Assembly: GCA_951406725.2 (NCBI GenBank)
Contig: OX597822.1
Span: 114,638,001 to 114,702,000, forward strand
DNA length: 64,000 bases
Reading direction: 5' to 3'
DNA from: Octopus vulgaris
Taxonomy: Eukaryota
Part shown: piece after piece, positions 13,570 to 27,578 of the stretch
How positions within the stretch are numbered: position 1 is the first letter of the stretch
Layout of the letters: each line of letters starts with the position of its first letter
Translations under genes and position numbers: made by a program
The notes under the pieces: generated by a model
Told to the model about the DNA's origin: nothing
What the model saw: the letters and a program-made list of their open reading frames with translations, nothing else
Database searches by the model: none

Positions 13570-14548
13570 CTCTTGGTAACAAAGGCCCCCCCCCCCCTCA
13601 AATCGAAAGGCAGATTGTATGATGCCTGTGTTTAGACAGCTATGCTACATGAAACATGGGCTGTGACTGCCGAGGACATGCATAGGCTTGAAAGAACTGA
13701 AAATAACTGAAGCTAGTATGTGTCGTTGGATGTGCAATGTCAGAGTGCCTGTAAGACAGAGTGTTAGCATCTTGAGAGAAAAGTTGGGCATAAGAGGCAT
13801 CAGATATGATGTGCAATAGAGACAACTGCATTGGTATGGTCATGTGATGCACATGGAGGAAGACAACAGTGTAAAGAAGTGCCAATATGGAGGGGAACTT
13901 ATGGAAGAGATAGACCCAGGAAGACAGGGGCTGAGGTGGTGAAGTATGATCTTTGAATGTTGGGCCTCACAGAGACAATGACAAGTGATCAAGACCTTTG
14001 GTGATATACTGTGCATGAGAAGACCCGTGAAGGCAGGTGAGATCATTGTGTTGGCCTATGCCAGTGTTGCTTAACTGACATGTAAAAAGCAACCTTGAAT
14101 CATTGCGTGATATACTGTTCTTGAGAAGACCTGTCAAGCCAAGTGGAAATCATAATTGTGGCCAATGCCAGTGTTGTTGTGACTGGCACCTGTGCCAGTG
14201 GTATGTAAAAGCTCCATTTGGGTGCTGAGCCTCACAAAGGCAGTGACAGGTAATTGAGACCTTTTGCAATATACTGTGCTTGAGAAGACCTATCAGGCCA
14301 AGTGAGATCATAGTCATGGCTGATGCCAGTGTCACATAACGAGCACCAGTGCTGGTGGCATGTAAAAAGCACGCACTGCACTCTTGGTGTGATTGGCCTT
14401 AGGAAGGGCATCCAACTGTAGAAGCCAAGCCAAATCAGAGTGGAACTTGGTGCATCTCTCTGGTTTACCAGTTCTGTCAAACCGTGCAATGCATGACAGC
14501 ATGGAAAACAATCATCAAATGACGATGATGATGATGATGATGATAATG
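13570..14548 (+). mobile_element. Old RTE LINE 3' fragment with (GAT)n tail
   Basis: Homologous by eye to 25760-26815 (aaaggcagattgtatgatgc..., aggaagggcatcca..., gatgatgat). Confidence 0.85.
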
Positions 14549-16394
14549 ATGGTCTCTGCCTTTTCTCAAACCAATTGCAACTATATGTAAGGATAATTTC
14601 ATCTTACCAAACATTATCTTCAAGAAGCTGATATCAGTGAAACCAAAAAATAAACAGTCATTGTTATTAATGATAAATATTACTGTGCCAGTGATAATGA
14701 CAACAATTATTTTAACTTTTGAATCCTTTGCTCAGTGCAGGGTTACTGAAAATAAGTACACAAACCTATCACACAAGAAATTATGTGTGTGTGTGTGTGT
14801 TACTACCATAGGCGTAATAAGTCTCACTACAAAGTGCTTAACAGTTATTTGCCTCACTGACAAGTTCCTCCTTTGCTCAATGAAAGGTAAGTTAACAGTA
14901 GGGGATCGTTAAGACAAGAGGTGACATATGTATGCCATCACTCCACTGGTCCGTTTTCTCGTCAGGAACTGCATTGCTTTTGTATTTCACATATTAATTT
15001 ACTTAATTATAAATACTTTGCTATCAATAGAATGTTCAGAGTTTTATTATGAGAATATCACTTAAGATGTACTTTTAGTAATTTGGATCATACTGCTTCT
15101 CTTGAAATTTGTCTTTTTATTTAATTAAGCAGTTCCATTTTTTGAAAATTACATTTGTAGTTTTCTTTGAAAAATTCCAAGCTTTGTTGTGGCAGAGAAA
15201 GAAATTAAAAGTAAGTTTTTTTCTTCATCATTATTTTTATTTCATAGAGTTTGGATTCCAGTCTTTACCACATTTTTCTAAGATTAAATTGTTGTTTGTT
15301 TAGGTTTTTGAAGAAAACATTCACAAAGCTTGTGTTCAAACCTAATCACACACACTTATTCTTTCTTTCTCTTTCTCCTTTGGTTTTTATTTCTATATCA
15401 AGTTGGTAAATTGGCAGAATTGTTAGAATATGAATAAAATGCAGAGCAGTATATATTTTGGATCTCTCTAATCCTAATTCAAATGAAACTGAGGTAAACT
15501 TTACCTTTCCCCCTTTTCAGAGCAGACACAAAACATACCAAGCCAGTTGTAAAATCAGCTCAATTCATCTTTCTATCTACATTGTACCTGTAATTCAAAG
15601 GTCAAGCCTAGTCACATCGTTGTCATGCTGATCTGACTTGTGTATCATAATGAGGGGGTACACATGACTACAGAATGATTTTATGCTTATGTTTTAATTT
15701 CATGAACTGACCAAACAACTAAATGCTCACACACACACACACACACACATTTGTGTGAAAGACACTTATGTTTCTTTTTTTTTTATTGCATACTCAGAAG
15801 AGGTGGGTCAGTCTCTATGCTTTTAGTGCAGGATTTGTAAGACTGATTTGGGAAAGAGAAGAAAAAATGACAACTCATAACTTATTCTCAAACCAAAAGC
15901 ATGATCTAAAGGCACACAAAAAAAAATAGACTCTACAAATGAGATCCAAAGGTCAAGTGATGGGATTAAACTGGGCAATAAATTGAGTCAACTGAACTCT
16001 TGAGCTGGAGCACACTGCTGATTACCATTAACTTGGATTGGGCTTGGCACTCACTTTGGGCTGTTTTGATGAAGGGAGTTCTGAATCTAGCTGAGTAAAA
16101 TGTTTCACCATGTAATACCACAGCTCATGATTATGCACAGCCAATGGAATTTAGCTCCAGACCGTTTCCAGTTCATTTGATGTACTGAGGGGATCCCAGT
16201 CAGTTTCTCTTCCTCTACTTAGTGGGCAAAGGTTCACTGAATGTTTTACAGAAACTCTTTTGTTTCTCTGACTTAGCCCTTTACTGATGTGAACTTCGTC
16301 TATAGAGTTGTAAAAATGGAAAGCAATTTCTTACATAGGTACAAGGCCATAAACTTTTTTGTCTATGAAGGAAGAGGTTTGTTAAGTCAACTTT

Positions 16395-16530
16395 GGCAAA
16401 TGCTCAGTGGCAATGAACACTGAAAATGTGCAGAAAACAGCTTCTGTCACATGCCAGAGGGGAAAACTAGAATTAGTTGATAACTTCTGTTACCTAGGTG
16501 ACCAAGTCAGTAGCAGGGATGGATGCTCTG
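16395..16530 (+). mobile_element. Small internal fragment of the PHD-bearing RTE family
   Basis: KLELVDNFCYLGDQVSSRDGC matches KLEVVDSFHYLGDQVSSGGGC in the 58098 ORF. Confidence 0.8.
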
Positions 16531-16619
16531 CCCTCCCAAGGTATCCCAATCGTAACCCCCCCTCTCTGCACTCACCAATCAATCACACGTCATAAAGATA
16601 GTAGTAACAGAGTTGAGAT

Positions 16620-17690
16620 TGCAAACTAGAAGGACACAGAGATGATAGACCTCCTACTCCTATGGGCTTGGGTTGCTGCCAAAAATGACCCACCCAATAA
16701 TGTGATTTCTGCAGCCCTGGAAAACAATGGATTCAATAGAACCAAGATGCAGATAGAGCAAACAAGAAAGAACTTGGCCTTGCTTATGAACTCGTCAGAC
16801 CACATCTGGACAAGTTAAACACCATTTTTAAAATTTGTAAATGCTAATTCACCTAAGAAAAGTGTTTGCATGGAAAACACCAAAACTGATGCACCAAGCG
16901 AGAGGCCCGGAGCAACTAATGAGGATAATCGCAGTAATGTGAAGAGGAACAAGAAAAGAATCCCAAAGCTCTTAAGAGAAGCGACTCCAACTCCCTCTCC
17001 CAATGAGAGACAGCCACAAGACAGGTGAAACAGGGTTCAAACTTAAGGCTAAACCCATAAACCCAACCTGTGCATTCTACATAAAAGGAGTCTGCTGGCA
17101 TGGAGAGAAGGGGACACACTGCTGCTTTGTACAACCAAAACTCTTCACCCAGTAATCAGGATAAGCATCCATGCTCAGGGACCCCTGTGCACAACAACAA
17201 AAAAGATTGCCAAAAAGCTGTATGTAGATGCGGTGTGAACTGCAGCAATGTTTCTTATGTATTGCACAAATGATAACACAGCAGTTATCATAGCTAGGCT
17301 ACAAATGAAATTTAGCCATGTACACCCACAAACAAGACTGCCACAAGCAATGGACCCAGGATGGCCACCACTACCACCGAGTCACCCATCACACCAATTC
17401 TACTGATGAACATGAGAGACCTCTTGCAAAACAGCAGCAAGAGCAAAATTGCATACCTGGGAGAACTGTCTGCATGCAATCAAGCTATATGCATTGCACT
17501 CACAGACACTCATCTGTCTGCTGACATACATGACACAGAGATACACATACCAATGTATACTGCACAGACAGAAAAAAGAGAAGTTGCGGCAGAGTTGCCA
17601 TGTACATCCGTGAAGATGTCACAGCATTGGCACTGCTGTCGCATTCGAATGCAGTCTGCAACACAATTATAGTACATCTAAAGCAACTTG
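16620..17690 (+). mobile_element. Degraded LINE ORF1 (CCCH-like finger) and start of an APE endonuclease
   Basis: ~17065 reads CAFYIKGVCWHGEKGTHCCF; ORF 17361 has ICIALTDTHL..DTEIHIPMY, APE-like. Confidence 0.55.
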
Positions 17691-17884
17691 ACCTTGAGAA
17701 GACCCATCAAGCCAAGTAATATTGCAACAGATACTAGTGTCACACAAACGGCACCCATGCTGATGGCATGTAAAAGAATCCATTACACTCTTGGAGTAGT
17801 TGGTATTAGGAGGGGGATCTAACCATAGAAACCATGCCAAATCAGATGGAGTCTGGAATAGCCTTCCAGCTTGCCAGCCCTGGT

Positions 17885-19119
17885 CTGAGGATGAAATATC
17901 CGATTCTCTTATGCACTAAGTTTGACAGTCGTTAACTGTAATGTATTATCCTAACAATTCTTTGTTTTATAACATTTAAGAATTACATTATCACTTTTTG
18001 AAATGCAATTCATGATGTCTGATTATATTGTCTCTTGTAAATCAATTTTTTTGAAACCATGAATATATCAAAAATTCATGGAACCAATGCATCTCAAACA
18101 GCTCGAAACATCAGTGAGGTATTTGGTGAAGCTGTGGCGAGTGAGCGCACTGTACATTGATGGTTTGAGAACTTCCAGTATGGTGACTTTACCCTTGAAA
18201 ATCAGCCCCATGGTAGACCTGAGACCAAGGTGGATAATGATGAGCTGGAAACTGATGGATACATCTCAAACTACGCGTGAATTAGCAGCAAAGTTTGATG
18301 CTTTCATTCCAACTATATTGGATCATCTCAAATAAATTGGCAAGGTAAAGAAACTGGCCAAGTGGGTACCACATGAACTGAATGAGCATCAAATGACACG
18401 TCTTCAAAATTACTGTTCTTTGCTGTCATGGCATAAAAGCGAACCCTTTTTGCATCGTATTGTTATGTGCGATGAAAAATGGATTTCTTTCAACAATAGC
18501 AAGTGTTCTGCACAGTGGTTGGATAGAGACAAAGTGCCAAAATACAGTTCAAAAAAAGAATATTCACCAAAAAAAGCTAATTGTGCCTGTTTGGTGGTCC
18601 AGCACTGGTGTCCTCCACTGCAGCTTCATAAGACCAGGTTAGTCAATTACAGCAGGCCTATACATCAACCAGTAGGATGAAATGATGAGTAAAATTGCAA
18701 TTAAACAACCGAGATTGGTCAATAGAGACAGACCAATACCCTTGCAAGGCAATGCTCGACTACATCTTGCACAAAGAACACTACTCAAGTTACAGGAACT
18801 GAACTTGGATGTACTCTGCCATCCACCATATTCACCTGACCTTGCACCAACTGACTCTCACGTTTTCCAGGCATTAGACAACTTTTTGCAAGGAAAAAAC
18901 TTCAAATCTGAAGAAGATGCAAAAACAGCCTTTTTGTGGTTTCATCACCTCTTGATCCCCAGAATTCTTCGCTGCCAGCATAAATTAGCTACCAATAAAA
19001 TGGCAAAATTGTGTTGATGATTTAGGCGCATACTTTGATTAACTGCATTGCTTTTTGTTGAGATAAAGTAAAATAAACTTTCTGTTCAAAATCAGACATT
19101 TCATTGTTAATGACCTGAT
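17885..19119 (+). mobile_element. Mariner transposon, pseudogenised transposase
   Basis: WVPHEL (18364), CDEKW, HPPYSPDLAPTD; right TIR aaaatcagacatttcattgttaatgacctga followed by TA. Confidence 0.93.
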
Positions 19120-19130
19120 TATATATATAC

Positions 19131-22100
19131 TAAAGAAGATCTTCTTTAGTACTTGGTTGTACAATGCTTTCCAATGTGTGTAGTAGAGGCGCGCGCACAC
19201 ATTATTAGCCATTTGAAAAGACTATGGAATTTACAATTAACTGCACCAGGGTTCCTTTTCCCCAGGGAACCAGACCTAATGGTATACCTGCGGATGTAGG
19301 TCCAGCCCCTGCTTTGCCGGGTCCTATCTCTGATCACGTTGCACCTCCAAGGGCATCCATTGACGGTGATGCCCTCAATCTTAACAGACGGGTATCACCT
19401 GATGGTTAAGAGTCAGCTCCCAACCAAACAACACCAAACAAACACCTCATCAGCTGTAAAAATCATACAATACTCAGCACCCTCAATGCCCGCACCCTCG
19501 GCTCTCTTGGCCGTTTAGAAGAACTTGGTGCAAATGCAGAATCACATGGCATTGATATAATAGCTGTCCAAGAACACCGATTTTACCACCCTGACAACAT
19601 CCTCAAATACCATCAAGTCGGTTCTTATCAACTTGTAACCTCCTCAGCATCAAAGAATACTGTTAATTCAACAGTTGGAGGTATCGGATTTCTACTTTCA
19701 TCAAAAGCTAGTGATACTCTCTTGAGTATAGAGTCAATCTCACCTAGAATTATGGTGCTTAAGATAGATGGAAACCCGAAAACAACATTGGTATGTGTGT
19801 ATAGCCCACATAATTCGTCTGTGGCAAACGAGATTGAGAATTTTTATACAACCCTTCGTTCAACCATTGAGCAAGTACCTCTCCATAATTTTCTAGTTAT
19901 ATCTGGTGATCTGAATGCTAGACTAGGACCCGATGAGACCAAGTTTACTTTCAACTCTAAAACTAATCGGAACGGAGAAATGCTCAAAGACTTCTTGGAG
20001 GAATTTAATCTCTACACCTCCAACAATTCTTTTATGAAACCAAAAGGTCAACTTTGGACATTTGAGTCCCCACTTGGTGATAGGGCACAAATTGACTACC
20101 TCATCTTTCGAAAGAAATGGCGCAATAGTGTTAAAGACTCGAGATCCCACTCTTCCTTTAGTTCTGTCGGCTCTGACCACAGAATTGTATCAGCTACCGT
20201 TAAGCTTAGTCTTTGCTCATCCAAAAAAGCTAAGCCTCATCCGATGAAAATGATCGACTGGGAGGAAGTCTTATCTAACCCCGATATGTCCAAACAATTT
20301 ACTATTGAGGTCTATAACACATTTCAATCTCTGTCTACTTCTGAAATAGATGCTGAGAACATTGAGGAAGTATACAGCAGCCTCCTCAAATCAACAGAGG
20401 AAGTTGCACTGGCTACTCTTCCCAAAAAGAAGAGTAGGGGCCAGAGCAAACCTTCTAATTCCCCAAATGTCATCGAAGCCAGAAACCATCTAAAGTCTAT
20501 ATCACTAGCTTACCACTGTTCTCCATCCCAGTCACTGAAGATCCAACTCATAGCTGTCAAGAAGAATCTTGATGAGGCTTACTTGAACGCCGAGGTCGAC
20601 TTTATCAATGGCAAAATTAGTAAACTATCCAAAGAGCAAATTAGTAAAAAACACCATCTCGCCTGGAAACCCATCAAAGACCTATCAGGCAAAAATTCTG
20701 GGACATCAATTAGAATTAAAGGAGGATCAGCTAAGAAGCGTTTAGAAAATTGGTCAACCCATTCTAAAAACCTCCTTGGGAAGAATGCCAAAATCCCTGA
20801 TAACCCCACTCTTCCAAGTGTGCCTATATCAGACACGCTGGACATCAACACCTCCCCTTTTACCATATTTGAACTAACAGCAGCCACCAAGCAACTAAAA
20901 GCCTCGAAAGCATTTGGTCCCGACAACATCCCAGCTGTAATTTGGAAGGATGATAGATTTCACACACTTTTGCTCAACCTCTGCAACCACACACTTTCCA
21001 CCTTTCTCGCTCCAAAGATTTGGCACCAATCTCAAATCATTCCAATACCCAAAAAAGGCGATTTATCCCTCGTCACCAACTACAGGGGTATATCTCTAAT
21101 GTCAATTGCTGCAAAACTGTACAACAAACTGATCCTAAATCGTTTTGTCCTTTTTGTTGAACCCTTGCTCCGAAAGAACCAAAATGGATTCAGACATGGG
21201 CGCTCAGCGCTGAGCCAGATACTATGCCTACACAGACTTATTGAAGAATCAAAAGCATTTAATCGCGATCTTGCAATGGTATTTGTAGATTTTTCTAAAG
21301 CGTTTGATTCTGTAGATAGGTACAAGATGTTTGAAATCCTTAAGCTCTATGGGATACCAGACAAAATCATTTCTGCCATCAAGGTCCTCTACACAGATAC
21401 GTCTTCAACCATCTTAACCCCTGACGGAGAAACATCATCTTTCTCAATCAAAGCCGGAATACTGCAGGAAGACACACTCGCCCCATTTCTTTTCATCATT
21501 GTTGTTGATTATGTGCTACGTATGTCAGTTGATACCATCTCTGGCAAGGGCTTTGAAATAAAACCAAGAAGAAGTTCCAGACACCCAGCTGAGTACTTGA
21601 CAGACACTGACTTTGCTGACGACATCGCTCTTATCAGTGATTCTCTCTCCAATGCCCAGTCTCTTTTACAATCTCTTGAACAAGCCTCAAATTGTGTAGG
21701 TCTTTACCTCAATGAGGCCAAAACTGAATACATAAACAAGTGCCTGTCCAACAGTGATTGCATCATCCATACTCTCAACAACGCGCCCTTAAATATGGTT
21801 TCTGATTATAAATATCTTGGGTCATACATATCATCATCTGGAAAAGACTTTCTAACTAGAAAGGGTATGGCCTGGTCAGCCTGTAATGACATGCATAAGA
21901 TCTGGTCATCAAATCTAAGTAGAGACTTCAAACTTGAAATATTCAAAGCCACAGTCGAACCAATTCTACTATATGGCTCAGAAACCTGGACGTTATCAAA
22001 GAAGCTTGAGAGGCGGTTGGATGGAACCTACACTCGCCGCCTTATGAGAGCTCAAAATCTCTCGTGGAAGCGCCATCCAACCAAAATACAAATATATGGG

Positions 22101-22376
22101 AAACTACCACCTGTGTCATCTCTTGTGAAAGGTAGGAGAGTCCAGTTTGCTGGACATTGTTGTAGAGCTGAAAAAGAAGTAATTTCTACTCTTCTCCTCT
22201 GGAAGCCATCTGCTCGCGATACCAGAGGGTGCACACTCTTCTACCCTGATGTAATCTCCAGGGATACAGGCATCCAGCAACAGGACCTCCGTAATGCCAT
22301 GATGGACCGTGAAGTCTGGCGTAGCATGGTAAATTCCATTGTCTCGACCACGGTCGAACAATGATGAATGATGATG

Positions 22377-22380
<4 letters not shown>
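19131..22380 (+). mobile_element. Near full-length RTE-like LINE (APE + RT), single premature stop
   Basis: ATG at 19224 is in frame with the 19722 ORF, with TAA at 19407. APE motifs TLNAR, AVQEH, VYSP, GDLNA, IDY, SDH; RT motifs QEDTLAP, FADD, YKYLG; (TGA)n tail. Confidence 0.93.
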
Positions 22381-22451
<71 letters not shown>

Positions 22452-22605
22452 ACAGGCTTCTTTCATTTTCCATCTATCAAATCCACTCGCAAGGCTTTAG
22501 TAGGTCCAAGGCTATAGTAGAACACACTTGCCCAAGGTGCCACACAGTGGGACAGAACCCAGAACCATGTTGTTGGGAAGCAAGCTTCTTACCACATTGC
22601 CACAC
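22452..22605 (-). mobile_element. tRNA-headed SINE (family A)
   Basis: Reverse complement of the gtggctgtgtggtaagaag...ttgggcaagtgt...gatggaaa element at 40336. Confidence 0.75.
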
Positions 22606-24209
22606 TTGCATCTGCTTATTTTATTCGCATGCATTCTTACAGAAAAGACATAACAGTGAATGTGTTGTTTTATGTATCCACATAATATATTTTTACTATA
22701 TTTTTATATCACAACACCTCTTATCTCCAAGTGATTGGTTTTAACTGGCACTAATGTTTCATATAGATTAGTCATAAGCTGCTCTTCAAATGTTGGTACA
22801 CGGTCAATTCTAAACTAACCACAATATTTTAGTAGATATAACGATTACGTTACTTACCTAAACCCTCATTTCTTATGGAGCAAAGGCCATCAACAACTTT
22901 TTTCAACTCTTCGTCATTCTGAGATGTCTTTTCTGCTTCTCACCATTTGGATCCCTGTTTTTCCTTGCAACTTCCTTTTCAGTTTTGCTGCGCCACGTCA
23001 CATATTTCCCTGAGGGTAGGTCTTCCTCTCTCAGGTTTTGCAGGTTTTAAATTGTTGTCGGTGCTTCTGTAACTTTGTTTTCTTAGGTAGAGGTATTGAC
23101 GCTATGCACATCCATTTTTACCTCTCTAAAGAGGTGGCCTTTATCAGCCTGGCCTCTATCCTCTGAGCTGTTTAGCATGGTTGATCTTGCTAGGAGTTTG
23201 TGCCCTGCTGGTATAGCTCTCATGGTCAGTGAGGTATGCAAGCTACCACACCACAACAAGGACAGGACATCTAACTAGAAAAAGCAAAAAACAAAAAAAC
23301 AAAAAAAAAACTACTACCACTTTTGAATAAATAAATGATGATGCAAAATAACTTTTGATGCTACTAATGAATTTGTGTAGACTAGTGGTTAGTGTATTTG
23401 GCTCATGCTCATGAGTTCAGTATCTGAAACAAATGATGCATTGTATCCTTGAGCAAGGTACTTTATTTCCAGTTCTCCTTGACTCAGTTGAACATTGGAA
23501 TATCAGTCAAGAGCTGTTGCAGGTCACACTCTCGGTATCACATCCTTGATATTCTGCTGGGGTAAGGGCAGTAGGTCGAAAGAATGTCCATGTCTGCTCA
23601 CAACTACCCAGGCACCTAAACCAATTAGTGAAGGCATACTACATGTTACGAAGGCATATTTAATTGCAAGTGATAGCTGACTGTAGAATTGTTCTATAGC
23701 TGCTGCTGCTGCTATTAATTCTCAGATATTGCTACAGTCATCAGCATCATCATTATTTTTATTTGGGCAGCAAGCTGACAATTACTGTGCTGGGCAAAAT
23801 GTTTAGCTGTATCTTTTCCAGTTTTATGTCTTGAGTTCAAATTGCACCAAGGTCGACTTGCTTTTCATCTTTTTGGAGCTGATAAAATGAGTAGTAGTTG
23901 AGCACTGGGCTCAAAGTAATCACACAAATTTCAGGATTTCTGCAGAAATGGTCAGTTGCAGTATTTGTTCTGACCAATTACATTCTGAGTTCAAATTCTG
24001 TTGAGATCAACTTTGCCTTTTATCCATTTGGGGATCAATAAAATATGTACTAGACAAGTCTGGGGTTGATGTAATTGGCTCCCCACCATACACACCTTAA
24101 AAACTCAAGGCCTTGTTCCTAGAGTAGAAATGATTTATTTGTATCTCAATTTAGGTGGTCCGACCGTCCCATAGGCCTCCCTTTTGAGAAACACTGATTT
24201 AAATTAAAT

Positions 24210-26816
24210 ATGAGACAAAAGAAACAGGCTTGGAGGGACTGGAAGAACGGTGATAGCAGGGAATTGTATCAGACAGCCAGAAGGGAAGCTAGGAGACAGG
24301 TTTATTTAGCCAAAGGGGAAGCGGATAAGAAAAAAAAAATTGCCAATGTTCTGCGCCGTGAGGATGAAAGACTTGAGGTATTTCGTGTTGCAAGACAGTG
24401 TGTGAGAGAGAATCGTGATGTGGTAGGAGAGAAATGTGTCCGCATGGATGATGGTTCACTTGCGCTAAATGAGGATGCAAAGAGAGAGGTTTGGAGATGC
24501 CACTATGAAAGGTTGCTGAATAAAGAAAATGAATGGGATAAAGAGAGTCTGCTGAATATCAACCCAACAGAGGGACCAGCCATCCGAGTTGACAATTCTT
24601 TGGTAGTTAAGGCAATTAGAAGCATGAAGACAGGGAAAGCCCCAGGCCCATCAGGAATTACTGCAGAGATGCTCAAAATATCTGGCAGTGTCGGCTATAG
24701 CCTAGTCACCCGTATAGTTAACCAGGTGATACACGAAGGAGTCATACCCAATGACTGGTGTAGCAGCATAATAGTCAACTGGTACAAAGGTAAAGGAGAC
24801 GCCCTAGATACAAATAATTACAGAGGTATCAAGCTGTTGGATAAGGTAATGAAGGTTACGGAGAGGGTCATAGCCCAACTGATTAGGGAGAGAGTCAACT
24901 TGGACGAGATGCAGTTTGGTTTCATGCCAGGGAAAAGCACCACTGATACCATATTTCTGGTGAGACAGCTGCAGGAGAAATACCTAGCCAAAGATAAGCC
25001 CCTGTACCTGGCTTTCGTTGACATGGAGAAAGCTTTTGACAGGGTCCCCTGATCCCTTATCCGGTGGTCAATGAGGAAACTAGGGATAGATGAATGGCTG
25101 GTGAGGGCTGTGCAAGTCATGTACAGGGATGCCGTAAGTAAGGTTAGGGTTGGCAACATGTACACAGTAGAATTCAAAGTAGAGGTTGGGGTCCACCAGG
25201 GTTCAGTACTCAGCCCTCTCCTATTTATCATAGTCCTCCAGGCAATTACGGAGGAATTCAAGACAGGTTGCCCCTGGGAGCTCCTCTATGCTGACGACCT
25301 TGCTCTAATTGCTGAGTCACTATCAGAGCTGGAGGAGAAGTTCCAGGTGTGGAAGGAGGGTTTAGAATCGAGGGGCCTTAGAGTCAACCTAGCTAAAACC
25401 AAAGTACTAATAAGTAGGAAGGTAGACAATCCACAAATGTATTCAGGAAGATGGCCCTGCTCGATCTGTAGAAAAGGTGTAGGTAGAAACTCTATAAGAT
25501 GTACCCAGTGTAAGCTATGGACACATAAGAGGTGCAGCGATGTCAAAGGTAGGCTAACTGGGAAGATAGTTTTTATATGTGGCAGATGCTCAGGAGCAAT
25601 AAACTCTGAAAATCTGCAGAAAACACTTTCCAGGGGGAAAAACTAGAAGTAGTTGATAGCTTCCGTTACCTAGGTGACCAAGTCAGTAGTGGGGGTGGGT
25701 GCGTTGAAAGTGTAACTGCTAGAGTTAAGAATAGCCTGGGCAAAGTTTAGGGAGCTCTTACCTCTGTTGGTGACTAAAGGCCTCTCGCTCAGAGTAAAAG
25801 GCAGACTGTATGATGCATGTGTACAAACAGCCATGCTACATGGCAGTGAAACATGGGTCGTGACTGCTGAGGACATGCGTAAGCTCGCGAGGAATGAAGC
25901 CAGTATGCTCCGATGGATGTGTAATGTCAGTGTGCATACTCGACAGAGCATTAGTACCTTGAGAGAAATGTTGGACCTAAGAAGCATCAGTTGTGGTGTG
26001 CAAGAGAGACGATTGCGCTGCTATGGTCATGTGGCGAGAATGGATGAAGATAGGTATGTGAAAAAGTGCCAATCCCTAGCAGTTGAGGGAACCCGTGGAA
26101 GAGGTAGACTCAGGAAAACCTGGGACGAGGTGGTGAAGCACGACCTTCGAACTTTAGGCCTCACTGAGGAAATGACCAGCGACCGAGACCTTTGGAAATA
26201 TGCTTTGCGTGAGAAGACCAGGCAGGACAAGTGAGTCCAGCCCACTTATGCATGCTTTTCCTCCCTTGGACACACAAAGACCTGTTGAGGCAAGCGAAGT
26301 TGATATCGAACCTCATCCGACGACAGGCACCCATGCCAACCCCCCTTTGCTTGCGAAGACCTGTTGGGGCAAGTGAAATCGAAATTGAACCAATCCTATG
26401 ACTGGCACCCGGCAGATGCCAGGACCCCTGGACTGGTGGTACGTAAAAAGCACTATCCGAATCGTGACCGATGCCAGCGACGCCTCGACTGGCTTCCGTG
26501 CCGGTGGCACGTAAAAAGAACCATCCGAATCGTGGCCGATGCCAGTGCCGCCTCGACTGGCTTCCGTGCTGGTGGCACGTAAAATGCACCAATCCGACCG
26601 TGGCCGTTGCCAGCCTCGCCTGGCACCTGTGCAGGTGGCACGTAAAAAGCACCCACTACACTCACGGAGTGGTTGGCGTTAGGAAGGGCATCCAGCTGCA
26701 GAAACATTGCCAGATAAGACTGGAGCCTGGTGCAGCCTTTTGGCTTCCCAGATCCCCGCCCAACCATCCAACCCATGCTAGCATGGAGAACGGACGTTAA
26801 ACGATGATGATGATGA
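24210..26816 (+). mobile_element. RTE LINE (PHD-bearing family), 5' truncated, disrupted
   Basis: RT split by CGA>TGA at 25050 and a short deletion near 25625. YADD present; tandem ~68-bp 3' UTR repeats at 26440-26660; (GAT)n tail. Confidence 0.93.
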
Positions 26817-26879
26817 GACACCAGCAAAAGAAGAAATAAAGATAGACTTTTTTTTCTATTCCAAGAAAAACGATTTTAC

Positions 26880-27075
26880 AAATGCACGTTCCCACGGCTT
26901 TATCGATCGCATTCTCACCTGGAATCGATTTTTGTAATTTTTTCAAGACTTATACACGCCCTGATACCGTTGGTATCTACATATTAAAATTGAGCGCAAT
27001 CGGACGGAGGATGCCTGAGATCCTAGAAGATACACAGACAGACAGACAGAACGGATTTTATATTATATATATATA
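26880..27075 (+). mobile_element. Possible non-autonomous Helitron-like short element
   Basis: Ends in aaattgagcgcaatcgg...ctagaag, (ACAG)n and ttttata, resembling Lep1/DINE-type 3' ends; pattern recall only. Confidence 0.4.
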
Positions 27076-27279
27076 TATACAAAATATTACATTATATAAT
27101 TAGGGCTTAGTAAAATAAATTACTTTGCCACATACTGAACTTAGTAGAAATAGCAGCCAAAAAAAATTTTCTTAGCATTTCTACTACTTAAAGAAAATTT
27201 CTCTCAGATAATGTTTACTCCAGACAGCTCACGAAGGTTTGGGGGTAAATATAGAAAAATATCACAAGTACATAGATCG

Positions 27280-27342
27280 TTTGAGTACGTCAACGTTTCA
27301 AGATTAGCCAAATAAAATCAGCATTTCTTTCGTCAGCTCAAA
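27280..27342 (-). ncRNA. Type I hammerhead ribozyme with intact core
   Basis: Minus strand reads UUUGAG-CUGACGA-AAGA...UCUU-GAAA-CGUUGACG-UA-CUCAAA. Stem I is 6 bp, stems II and III pair, and the cleavage triplet is GUA. Confidence 0.85.
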
Positions 27343-27506
27343 ATTTCTTAATTTGGATTTGGAAACACTAAAAAGAAGGAACTTTACCTATCAGCAAACT
27401 TGTCGCTTCAGATGAACCACTCCAATTAACAGTGTCAACAAATTCAAAATGCGCAGGCGTAAAATTCTGCACTCCTCATTCCACCCACGTGGTCTATCTA
27501 GCAAAC

Positions 27507-27578
<72 letters not shown>

